NCBI GenBank assembly: GCA_051294905.1
Contig: CM119372.1
Coordinates: 10,666,001 to 10,730,000 of the forward strand
From: Botryllus schlosseri
Taxonomy: Eukaryota
Length of the DNA: 64,000 nucleotides
Direction: 5' to 3'
Part shown: in pieces, positions 52,754 to 64,000 of the stretch
Layout of the letters: each line of letters starts with the position of its first letter
How positions within the stretch are numbered: position 1 is the stretch's first letter
Notes under the pieces: generated by a model
What the model was told of the DNA's origin: nothing
The model's database searches: none
What the model saw: only the letters and a program-made list of their open reading frames with translations
Translations under genes and position numbers: made by a program

Positions 52754-53638
52754 CTATATGAGTTTCACGTAGCCTGCGTACACGTACGTGCAGACTGAGC
52801 AAGGAAAGAGTGCATTAATGATTAACATCACGTCACATGGCACAAACACATGCGATATAGTCTGGATACTGTAGAAGCTGTCCTCGTTCGGTGTCCAATT
52901 TTGACGACAAATTGCTAGGCTTGTTTTGAGGTCTCGTCATTTTTGCGTCTTGAGCTTGACTGGCATGGCCACATTGACGATATTTGTGCCACTGTATGCG
53001 GTTACGTGTATTGCACGTGCACACATTACTTACTACATTACATTGCTTTCAACAAGATGCAATCAATATTGGTCAATATTTTCGATATCAGATGGGTGGC
53101 AGACGGAAGATGTGCCCATCGCCAACTATTAGCCAGGCTATTGAAAAGAGGGAACATTAAATAAAGGTAACCCATGTAGCTGGCAGTGCTAAAAGTCAGA
53201 AAAATGGAATCCACAAGGTTTCGACTTGCTACAATTAGGCCTACTCGACATCATATTTTGACAGCAGCTGTACTTATTATGTACATATTATGTACATATT
53301 CATGATTCCTGAGATTTTGCGCCTACAGGCCTCAATTGTGTACAAACGTACAAACGCATTTGCGCGGTCCATTCATTACTCCCCTCAGCTAGAGCTAAAG
53401 AGCTGTAAACGGAGAGACTAATGAACCGCGAAAATACGTATTTTCATCATCACAGAAGTTTTAGCTCAACCTGAATGTAATCGCACTAGCTGTGTCGGCC
53501 TTCGGATCGCGCCTTACTTTTCATGGAATACATTATATTAACAGGCGTGAATGGATTTTATTGTAAGAATGCCGAACGTCCAGTCGTAAGAAACTTATGT
53601 AGTTAGGATAAAGTAATTTTATCCATACGGTTGATACC

Positions 53639-56600
53639 ATGCCTAAAACAGCTAAGAAAGACGGTGGCTGGGGTTGGGTGGTCGTGGGTGGCGGTTGCGT
53701 GATATACCTGATTGTTTTTGGACTGTTGAGGTAAGTTGATTATTTCATTTTGATAAACCAGTCTCGCCTTTTAATTGGTAGTCTAGCTGAACTCGAGTGG
53801 CAACTGGTAACCATACTCCATCCATGTGTGTGAGACCGCAATCACATGTTCAAAACCATTGTTTGTTCATTGTGACGCGACGATTTCTTATAAAATAAAC
53901 TTCAACGAACAACACATTCATATTCGCAATTTATTCACTATAAGCTTTTCAACTGACCTCGTCGGTAATGGCAGTCAGTATAATCAGAGATTGCAATTCG
54001 AAATGTAAAGATGAAATAGGTAGTGTGACGTAAGAATGGTATAACAACAACAACGACAGATTTCACAAAACGAGAGCGTTAAGCAAAAATGCAATTAGTG
54101 CAATACAAATAAGCTATAATATATAACCGTGTATTTCATTAGTGTTGCGTCTCTGGCTATATATTATAGCTTATTTGTATTGCACTAATTGCATTTTTGC
54201 TTAACGCTCTCGTTTTGTGAAATCTCTCGTTGTTGTTGTTATACCATTCTTACGTCAAACTACCTATTTCATCTTTACATTTCGAATTGCAATCTCCGTA
54301 TTATACTGACGGCCACTACCGACGAGGGTCAGTTGAAAGGCTTATAGTGAATAAATTGCGAATATGAATGTGTTGTTCGTTGCAATATTCAAATTCTGTA
54401 CCACAAGGAACCTATTTAGAATAAACTTCGTGCGTTAGCAAATATCTATCGATTGTTGTGGTTTTAAGTAGCATGCATGTCTGTCATAGGAAATAGCACG
54501 GAAGGTATACCTATGAAGATCGTCTTCGACACTCATTTGTTACATCAAACGTACTATTGACCCGCAACACAAGCTAGCATTTAGCAAGGACATTCGCATC
54601 CTTTTTGATGTCGCTGCAGTTCTCAATATTACGAAATCAGCGCGTATGAGTGCTATTCTCCGACTTCAATACTCAGTGATTCATCTATCGCATTTGCTCG
54701 TCGCCGTGCCACATGTAAGAAATGGCGTTGCCAATGAACATTTGTTCTCTCGGGCAAACAACACCCAGGTTATATCGTTGATTTTAATGCTGTAGCTCTG
54801 TATCGTGCGTTCTGACTGAACTTCTTGCAAATAACCCTGGTAATATAGACAACAGTATGTCTTCGCGACATTGTTATAGAATAAGAACAAGTGAACATCG
54901 CACTGCTCATCTCCTACAAATTTGATGTTGCAGTGAGACCTGGCGATAAATTACAAATGATGCGATCGGTATCGATCACAAAAATCTCATTACATCCTCA
55001 ATTTGACCATCTCACCTGCAGAATACCGACGTGTTTGATAGAAATACCGTGGTCTGTTTACTATATCGTATGCTCTCGTATATAGCATCTTGGCAAACAT
55101 TTCTCTGGGGACGAGACCCAGCACTGGACTTACTCACTCAACTCAATAACGCAAGGGCTCGATCTGAATTCTTGTCTGTAGGATGAGACAGAAACTTTCA
55201 CTGTACTGTAGTGGCGACTATGGCTTCACAATGGTTAGGTAAAGGTTAAGTGTTTGACCCATGCTTGGTAAAACCCAAGACTTGCTTGTAGAATGGTATC
55301 CATGACTTCCCCGTTGGGTGCTTGGCAGGTGCCAGTCCGAGAAAGCGTACAGACGGGAAGGAATGGTGCTAAATAGACTAGTTTTCGGTTCGTTATCACC
55401 TCAAAGCACCGTGATGACGCGGACGAAAATAAACCGTGTTCTTTAATTGACATCGATCAATGCGCATTGTAATAACAAACATTAGGTCGCGGTTTTATCA
55501 ACTGCACTGCATTAAGAAGTACATTGTTCGCATGAAATGAGGTAAGTATTATGAATTTTGAGGAGCAAACATAATTTTAAACATAGGCTTATCTCGAAAT
55601 TTACGATATCATTTGGGTGCCGCGAGTATTAATAAGTTTTGGCAGGGCGCTGCGAACAAAAAATAGTTTAGGAACCGCTGGCCCATCCGGTTGGCGACAA
55701 TTCAATTCAATTTGTTGCTAAAAATTTTATCATTTCAATACACCACAAGACTGCAATACAATGTAAGATAGGAAGGTGTCGAAACACAGCCACGACACAG
55801 TCCATCATTATAGATTATAATATAGATTACTGACTTGTGTGTTGTAGTTGAACGGCTATTATCCATTCATAACTCGATAACTATACGTTGAGTTTGTTTC
55901 CCTACTTTTATAGCCTTAGCATATCCAGTTATCCGCCTGCTTGCCTGTCTACACTTCGCCGGTCCGATTTAATATATTGCCGCAGGGTAGCTGTTGTATA
56001 CCCTGTTAAGTGTAGGTATATCAAATCTTGACATGTCATACCACCACGAAACATGGTAACGTGCCTTTGCGACAGGCGACGTTGTATAGCTGGAACATTC
56101 GGTTTCGACTGGCGAAGAGTATGCATAATATATTTTGTGTTACATATGTGCTGTTGTGCTATAGTGCCGTAAAATACGACTATGCAGTATACATGCTCTC
56201 GGTTGTCGCAAAATGGATCGTTGGTAAAAACGCTGTTTGCCAGACCTCAGCAGCTTTTAAAACAAGTTCCTTTCGTTACTGCGAAAAGAAATGCTCCTAT
56301 AAATTCCCATCAAACACTATGCATAGAGCAGTAGAATCGGTGTATTGGGAATTATCGTAACATAACATACATGCGTGCATTGCAACTTATCTTGTTGAAG
56401 TTCATTAGCGAAATGGATTAACATTCCAAGTAAAATCCTAACTAACCATTACTGGTTGCGGCACACCTATCACGCATGGCGTATCGGATCTCGGTAATTT
56501 AATTCTCACCGCATCAAATACTGGTTGGTCGTTCATTACTTTCCAAACTAGATTCGATTTAGCACCTGAATATATGAAGACAGAACTGTGAAAATGTCTT

Positions 56601-59600
56601 TCTGGGATGATACCCGCGGATGCATGAGATAATGCAGTGTGGTGATGAAGAGAACGCAATACGTATGCGATTCCGCCAAGTCATGCAGAACTAGGCTGGT
56701 GATCATTTGTAATCTGGGAGACGGCAGAATATTTTAGAATAAAAACGCTGGCGTGTAACATTGGAAATTTACAATATCCGCGTGTCATTACTTGGTGGAA
56801 CGGAACCATGGCTGAAATTGGTATTCCAGCGATGGTCACTGTTAAACTCGTAAACTGTTAAACATTCCATAATCGACCGCCAATTTTCAAACGACGCGAA
56901 TAAATTAGTTCGCTTTCACCTTCCGAAAGGGCCGCCGATCGCCGCGGGTGTCAAGAATATGTTATAGTTGCTACACGGTGCATAACCATTGGTGCTATAT
57001 ATGCCGCTCACGATGATGCCTCACTTAAACGATCCCAGCATGCCTCGGTTACTCTTATTATAGGTCTTACGATATGTTTCTCCCCAATAATATATCACAC
57101 ACGAACTCGGCTGGCACTAAATTCCATATACTTATTTTGTAACAACGCTGCCGCGCTTAATTTCCGTCTGTCACGATTGGGAATGTCTTCATAAGATACA
57201 TTCCGCTCCTGTAATCCTGGCACTTTGGCCGGTTACGAACTTATTACCGTCAACCCTCGGGACTTTGATTTTTCGCACCGAGTCCTAAACAGCACAAATT
57301 CAATACTGGAGAGGGATTGGTTTTCAATATGGGACATGCCACATGCGTCACGATTTCAATTTGACGTCACAATCTTCGGGAGCGAGAATTCATAAAGCTG
57401 AATACTACGAGTTCCGCTCCCGCAGTGTGATTTCGTCAGCCATAAAATTCGGTATTGACTATATGGGTACGTTGATAACAATTCATTGTATTTTATGGTA
57501 TTAGTATTATTATAAATTACATATACTAGATTTAAATACTTACCCAAGTCGTCGGGTATGTGGCGAGATAGCGCAGTGATATAATCCGCGGCTACAACTC
57601 CAATGGGTGCGGGTTCGAGTCCGACCGAGTCCGACTTCCGATACTAAGTGCTGGAGGTTTAGCTAGGCTCCTCCTCGCCACCTCATCCGCTTCAGCAGTG
57701 TCTTATAAAAGCCTAGAGGTGGGTCGTGCTATAAGTTGGCAGTTACGGAAAATAAGAAAAATATCGGCCTGGTGTAAATGACCATGACCATAGTAGTCGA
57801 CAAACACCATGAATACCCCAAAGCAAACAAATTCGTCAGGTGCGGATGTATTTTTTGACTTCAACTTCCACTTCTACTGAACAGTCCTTTTAGTAAAAAC
57901 TATACTTCCATTTTAGACTTTATTAGTAGTCTAGGGATATCTTTCCATCACGTTTGTTGAGCGTAATTGTCAAAATGAATGGGCGAAATACCCCCTGTAT
58001 CACGGTAATTTGTAGTGACATTAGTAATTTTGCGTTAGTCGTTAAGATGCATCCTGCAGTTTCGAAACTATAGCCACCTTCGATCGGCTATAAGTGTACA
58101 TACGACGTCTAGAGACCAAATCTACGCTTTGAAACTACCTACCTGAGTACTATTGAAATACTTATTTTCTTCTTTCACTTAAATTAGTTTTGACATGTCT
58201 TGGAAATTGATACTTCGATTTGTAATTGAGTGGAATTTACGGCGGTACTTCTACAACTTCTACCGGAGTACCAGCGATGCTTACTCCGTTCACCTGTAAT
58301 AATTAGTCGGCACCTTCCAAGTTGTTGTTGTTGTTGTAATTGTTGCGTCATCCGTCATCCATAGTTACTTGAGCGAATGGGGGCTGGATATTTATAAATA
58401 TAAGTATAGTATAGTATATAGCTGAGTCGGCGTTGCGTTCTTGAAAGATACATTGTTATCATCATTTTCAGATGCCAGAGCGTCCTCTTCGTGCACATCG
58501 TTAACGAATTCGACTCCGATTTCTCAACGGTAGCATGGGTGTCGTCGATTGCTACCGGAACATTTTCATTCGCAGGTATAGTGCAATCTTTACCGCACAG
58601 AGCCGATACTGCATTATGCGACTTCGTACATTAGATTTCGGGGGTTCTAAGCGCGCTGGCACACGCGGCAAATTATCTACGAACGCTACGACGATATGTG
58701 TCATTATAAGTAAAACTTGACATCACTCCATCACTACCTTTCTCCAACTATCGTAAGGTCATTCTTTGCCGTCTAGTATAGTATATGCTATTTGAAATTA
58801 TACTATGTACCGAATTCTGTTATTCTTTTTCAGGAGTTTTTGCTGCTCCGCTTATCGATAAGTTTGGACATCGTCCGACAGCAATGGCTGGTGGCTTGAT
58901 CGCCGCAATTGGCTACATCGGAGCTTTTTTGGCACCCAATCTCATCGTTTTGATCGTAACCGCCGGGTGTATAACAGGTTGTTTAATCAAAATCATATTA
59001 CGACCGTTTAGATCGTACGAAATAAAGTACGGTGCGTGCATAGGCCCGATGAGGGAAGTTGGCACAATTCGTTAATCGACTCATACGCGATTGTTGGACC
59101 GTTTGACTCCCGACAGTTTACATTGCATGCCCGATTATGGCGCCGACATATCGCTTTGCGTCTATTACAGTCAATGTCGCACTTGAAACAAATGGTTTGT
59201 TTGCGGTATTCATGGTGTGTGTCGACTGCTATGGTCATTTACACCAGGCCACTTTCTTAATTTTTATTCCGTAACTGCCGACCTGAAGCACGGCCCACTA
59301 GGCTGTTATAAGACACCGCTTACACGGATGATATGGCGAGGAGGAGCCTAGATACAGCTTGAACACTTTGGCTGGAATTCTTGAGTCGACCTCGGTCGGA
59401 CTCGAACCCACAACCCACTGGTGTTGTAGCTGTGGATTATACCCCTATACGCTATCTCGCCACTTGAGAATTTTTTTCAAACGGTGTATAATTAGGGTTG
59501 TATTTAAAACAAAAATCAAAACAAAACAAAAAGGCCCTAATTTAAAACATGTTTTTATTTTTTATTTTAGCCATGACATCACGAATAATCATTAGTGACG

Positions 59601-61205
59601 TCATAATGGATTGACGTTGACGATTGAAAATATAGGGTAAATATAGCTCCTTTGACGAAATATATGTACTATAAATATTGAACCGACTATTTTGAGGGTT
59701 ACAACCATCACATATCGACATGCGTCAGCTAAATCGGGTGGTAATTGTCCGTGGGCTCATACAACATGTCTTTTGGAAAGTATTTACACACATATGGCAT
59801 AATTTTACAATTAAAAAAAAAAAACATTTTTTTAAAAGGCTTTTGTTTAAAACACTGTTTAAGACATGTTTTAAACAAAGTGTTTTAAAACACCGTTTGT
59901 TGTAAATGCAACCCTATGTATAATAATGCCATAATTATTTACATACTTTCGAAAAAAACATGTAGTATGAGCCTATGGACAATTTGCACCCAATATCATC
60001 GATGCAGACGATGTGGAGTGGCTGGAACCCTCAAATCGCTGTCGATTCAACAGCTATAGCATGTAGATAAGCTATAGATCATTGTACGGAATGGCCGTTC
60101 ACTGTTCAGATGATGATGACCGCCGACCGTAAATAAGCTACTTAACGATGTAGTCTCGGTTTAAGATATTTTGGTCTGTTTATGACAGTGGTCGGAAGCC
60201 ATTTTCGTCGAAGGAGCCATATTCTCCCTATATTTTCAATTGCCAATGTCAATCCGCCACGACGTCACACTTAAAGATTCGTGACGTCTTGGGTAAAAAA
60301 ATACAAAAAAACAACAACAAAATCATGTTTTTAGCCTTGGTTTTTAAGTTCATTTTTGTTTTAAATGCAACCCATAGTTACAGTACTATAACTGACAATA
60401 GTATTAATACTGGGATTTTCGTACTAATATAATCGGTTCATCTTTGAATTTTGGAAGGTGTCGGGATGAGTGTCGCGTTCGTGGCCACGCCTGTCATAAT
60501 TGGACATTATTTCGAAAAGCGAAGGTCGCTGGCGATCAACATCGCCAGCATAGGTAAGTGCTGAAGAAAATCAACTTTCGTATTCTCCCGAAACCGACGC
60601 CAAAACGTGTCTTGTTCGATAATACGATTCGCCCAAGTCCAGTTCAAGTCGATGTTTTCGCAAAATGTTTCGACATATTTTATCACTCGCGACTGAGTTC
60701 TTTGAGGTGCCGTTTGCGAAAACTGTGCTTCCCCTCGATAGTTATGTCGCAATTGAAACGTCACTTTATCTATTCTACAACTTTACAACCGCCGTATACA
60801 TACAGTCATCCACCTTGATTTCAAGTGTGACGTTACAGTCACCTGTGGGTATGACCAATGAAAACGATTAAATTCCGATTGTTCTAATTTCAACTGGCGT
60901 GTAGTGATGTACTCGGCGAGGTCAAGACGAGACACCAAACTTACATCCGGTATTTATGCCGCTGTCTCTAATCAGGGGCTTCATTGGGAACGCTGTCTAT
61001 ATGCCCCCTCAACGAATGGCTCACCGAGTCTTACGGACTGCAAGGGTACTTCCTGATATTTTCCGGGGTGCTGCTAAACGTCTGCGTAGCCGGCATGCTT
61101 ATGAGGCCGCCGCCCAAGGATCAAGTCCCGGACGCCCCTCGAACCCGAGATTCAGAATTCGAACCGCCGGACGAAGAGAGCTCCCTTGTAGGGAAAAAGA
61201 ACCCG
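53639..61205 (+). CDS. SLC16 / monocarboxylate transporter family MFS protein, N-terminal half; continues beyond the window
   Basis: Exons 53639-53730, 58472-58575, 58834-58977, 60458-60553, 60976-61205, in phase. Motifs DGGWGWVV (SLC16 N-terminal signature), LIDKFGHR, HYFEKRRSLA, YGLQG..LI.SG..LN..VAG.LMRP. Confidence 0.93.
53903..54382. repeat. Long palindrome (~225-bp arms, ~25-nt spacer); probable inverted Penelope-like pLTR with hammerhead-like motif
   Basis: 53903-54128 is a near-perfect reverse complement of 54154-54382; hammerhead-like motif at 54314-54349(+) and 53936-53970(-), followed by AATAAA. Confidence 0.85.
54314..54349 (+). ncRNA. Degenerate minimal type I hammerhead ribozyme motif
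   Basis: cacta-CCGACGA-gggtcagtt-GAAA-ggct-TA-tagtg: perfect 5-bp stem I, core with U4>C, weak G-U stem II. The other arm has the palindromic AAGCTT stem III. Confidence 0.5.
57560..57831 (+). mobile_element. tRNA-derived SINE
   Basis: 5' head GGCGAGATAGCGCAGTG (A box) and GGTTCGAGTCC (B box), then a non-tRNA body and an (AAAC)-like tail; further copies at 59196-59463(-), ~31415-32130(-, interrupted) and ~29384-29411(-). Confidence 0.85.
59196..59463 (-). mobile_element. tRNA-derived SINE, second copy (inverted)
   Basis: Reverse complement of 57560-57831 throughout (ggactcgaaccc, cgctatctcgccac, atggtcatttacaccaggcc). Confidence 0.85.
59493..59916. mobile_element. hAT-type MITE inserted into a copy of its own family
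   Basis: TAGGGTTG...CAACCCTA, exact TSD TGTATAAT; the host copy runs ~59467-60375 in the opposite orientation. Confidence 0.85.
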
Positions 61206-61599
61206 GTAAGTCGAGATCGCGGTAATTCCGATTATCCGGAATAGGAATCAAGTATCGTGATGAATGCGACTTTGAGTATCCGATACAGCCAGGCGAGCGA
61301 ATGGCGCCGTTAAACTGGAAGATTAAATATTTAGGCAGACGCCATAGTTTGGTTGAAGTCACAGCAAAGTAATCGAAATTATGCAATAATTTCAATTCAA
61401 GGTCTATACTGGACGTACGTTGACATCGTCTCGTTGTTCTCATTGTTTGTCTCCTGGTGCATTTTCTAGAGCTTTTATCGAGTGATTTGTCAACGGCGCT
61501 GTTAAATGATAACATCGTGACGTCGCCTTTTATTACCAGAGTGTTTCTACTTCATTATGATATTTTTAAATTTTTTCATACGTGTACAACGTCATTGAC

Positions 61600-61915
61600 C
61601 ATGGTGCCGGTTGCCCGACATATGAGCATGCGGCACATTGAAAAGCAACAGTTTGGCTTGTGCCACTTCAGCATGTGACTTCATAACGCCAAAACTAACC
61701 CTAACCCCTAACATAACACTGGAACTAGCCTTTATTTATATCTTAATACCTAACCCCAACCATAACCGTAACACAATCCTAAATTCAACCCTAACCAACA
61801 CATAACCCGTAATTTAACCCACATGCTCATGTGTCGCATGCCCAATTGCCCAATTGCTGCATGTCGAAGCGTCGCGTGCTATAATGTCGCATGCTATAAT
61901 GTCCACGGACCCATG
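61600..61915. repeat. Element with an internal degenerate (CCCTAA)n tract between short inverted repeats
   Basis: ctaaccctaacccctaac... at 61695-61820; gacatatgagcatg (61617-61630) is mirrored by catgctcatgtgtc (61822-61835). Confidence 0.6.
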
Positions 61916-62553
61916 TTCCCAAAGGCCGTCAGGAGATAAGCGCCGAATCTTTTTTTTTCAAATAAATAAACAACAACATTGTGAAGTAATCAATTTAGTT
62001 AGATCCCGACCGATATCAGATTTTTCTGCCGATACCTATCTTGCTTAAGTGCGTTTTCAAAACTCCAATGCATTTATTTGTAAAGCTTTCCAGCCATTAC
62101 CATGCTTGGGCAATGGGCATGAAATAAACTAGAGAGGCTGCGTCTGGACACTTGTATGCTATATAAGACACGGGCGGCCAACCCGTGGCCCGCGAGAAGG
62201 TTTTGTGTGGCCCCCGAGGTAATTCCGGAAATTAGTTATAATATCAGGTAGAATTGCAAGGCCAACCAAAATTTGATTAGCCTGACCGCGAAATGTGATG
62301 ATGACTAAAACATCAGTTCCGACACATTGGCGCTACCAGGGGCCAGCCACATTTATCGCAGATCTCGCTTGTGCGCTGGCAGCGAGATCGTCGGCGATGA
62401 AACATCTGCCACAAATAATTGAAGCATGTTCGCCTCTAAACCTTCGATATTGCTATGTCTAAACGCCGGAAAATCCTGTCCTCGCCGAACGAGGCCAGTG
62501 GTATACAGAGGCGACTCCCCCAATATATGCAAGTAACATATTTATTGATTAAC

Positions 62554-62773
62554 GTAAGACCTTGATAGTTTCCACACCCTATTTCACGTCCACTTGTATG
62601 ATTATAACTTTATTATAGTTACACGAGCTTTCGGAGCTCTACTCCTTCATCATGTGATAAGGTGCTTTATCACCGGATGTAGGAGCAGAGCTCCGGAAGC
62701 TCGTGTAACTATAATAAAGTTATAATCATACAAGTGGACGTTAAATAGGGTGTGGAAGCTATCAAGGTCTTAC
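62554..62773. repeat. Palindrome (~107-bp arms); probable inverted Penelope-like pLTR with hammerhead-like motif
   Basis: gtaagaccttgatag...ctatcaaggtcttac arms; hammerhead-like motif at 62667-62708(+) and 62619-62660(-); flanked by an ATATTTATTGAT direct repeat (62538-62549, 62810-62821). Confidence 0.85.
62619..62660 (-). ncRNA. Degenerate minimal type I hammerhead ribozyme motif
   Basis: Minus strand reads ttatcac-ATGATGA-a-ggag tagag ctcc-GAAA-gc-TC-gtgtaa: one mismatch (C3>A) from the CUGAUGA core, with stem II, GAAA, a palindromic stem III, a UC cleavage site and stem I. Confidence 0.65.
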
Positions 62774-63371
62774 TTTTATATATACCGACTGCTATCGGCA
62801 CAACAACGTATATTTATTGATGGAATTCATTCATTATCTTTGAAAACATTTCGCGATTCGCGCGACCAGAACATGAATGCGCACTGCATGGTTCCACACT
62901 GAGTTTTCATGACATAATTGTTATCAATTTTAAATCGTAGTAATATAAGTCTTGTTTCAACGTGACCTAATTCTGTTCGCTCCAATCGGACGACTAAAAA
63001 AGGGTCATCAACATTCAAGTGGCCCGCGCAATCGTTTGTAAATCTCATCTGGCCCTTTGGCCGAAAAGGTTGACCACCCCTGATATAAGACATCTATGAA
63101 TATTCCCAGTCTAACAGTCGCACGTTATATTTTCTGTGACTGCCTACTACCATGTGGTGACGTCACGTATTTACCGATACATTGCCGATAATTCCTTCAA
63201 AATCTGATATCGACGCGATATTATCGGCGAACCGATAAAAATAATCTGTCGTGCTTTCATTTTAGTAGGTCAATTACCACCTTATGGTTGAAGTTATCGT
63301 GATTTGTAGTCTGGTACAGCCGTTGCATCCGATTCATTATCGCTGCTTATAAGAATTCCTAGCCATATATC

Positions 63372-63848
63372 TAGGGTTGCATTTAAAACAAACAGTGTTT
63401 TAAACAATTGCCGTTTTATAAAAAAACAAAATTGTGTTTGCGTTTTTTTCAAACGTTGTATATTTATGTCATAATTGTGTAAATACTTTCGAAATAACAT
63501 GCAATATGAGCCGACGGACGATTTGCAATATTATACGATGTGGAGTGGCTGGAACCCTCGAAATCGCCGTCGGTTCAGCAGTTATAGCAAATAGATATCC
63601 GTCATTGGCACGGAATGGGTGTTTTGATGATGATGACCACCTACCGTAAAAATGCTGCATAACGCTGTAGTCCTGCATGACTAAAGATATTTTGGTCGAA
63701 GGGGCCATATTTTTCCTATATTTTCTATGGCAATCCACCGTGACGTCACACTTAAACATTCGTGACGCCATGGCCGAAAAAAACACAATAAAAATCAAGT
63801 TTTAAACATGTTTGTTTTAAATCGATTTTTGTTTTAAACGCAACCCTA
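63372..63848. mobile_element. hAT-type MITE, TAGGGTTGCATT family
   Basis: tagggttgcatttaaaac...gttttaaacgcaacccta. Confidence 0.85.
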
Positions 63849-64000
63849 CACATTACGATTCTGTACGGCATTTACATCCAACAGGCACAGCATACCATTT
63901 GTAAATATACGTACAGATCAAATATTGAATTGACGACACCATAGTATATTTTTTACGGGTACTATGATATCATGTTGTCATTATCCCGTCTGTCGAACTA

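Larger units (their letters stand above)
62170..63082. mobile_element. hAT-type MITE hosting the 62554-62773 palindrome
   Basis: cacgggcggccaacc...ggttgaccacccctg; TSD ATATAAGA/TATAAGA-like on both sides. Confidence 0.85.

Noticed and set aside
57560..57635. tRNA gene
   Set aside because: A and B boxes are present, but there is no acceptor stem or poly-T terminator, and the downstream body recurs in other copies; it is a SINE head.

Overview
This is eukaryotic, intron-containing, AT-rich invertebrate-type DNA; an ascidian/tunicate origin is a guess from gene architecture and repeat style, not proven. Three + strand spliced genes can be assembled by hand with consistent GT-AG phases. (1) The 3' part of DRG1 (8 exons, 14-4005). 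(2) A large ESE-class (ELF3/ELF5/EHF-like) ETS transcription factor with a divergent Pointed domain. Its PNT-to-ETS core is at 39579-50578, and three phase-compatible upstream exons from 17162 would give a ~1423-aa protein. (3) The 5' half of an SLC16/MCT-family MFS transporter (53639 to past the window end). Introns and intergenic DNA are packed with nested non-autonomous hAT-type MITEs (8-bp TSDs), 5'-truncated CR1/L2-type LINEs and a tRNA-derived SINE. The most unusual signals are two unrelated long palindromes in SLC16 introns (53903-54382, 62554-62773). Each arm carries a degenerate minimal type I hammerhead-ribozyme motif followed by AATAAA, the signature of inverted Penelope-like pLTRs. 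Also notable are a probable Ly6/three-finger pseudogene split by a 3.2-kb compound transposon and a hAT element carrying a Penelope-like ORF fragment. All calls come from reading the sequence; no database search was run.
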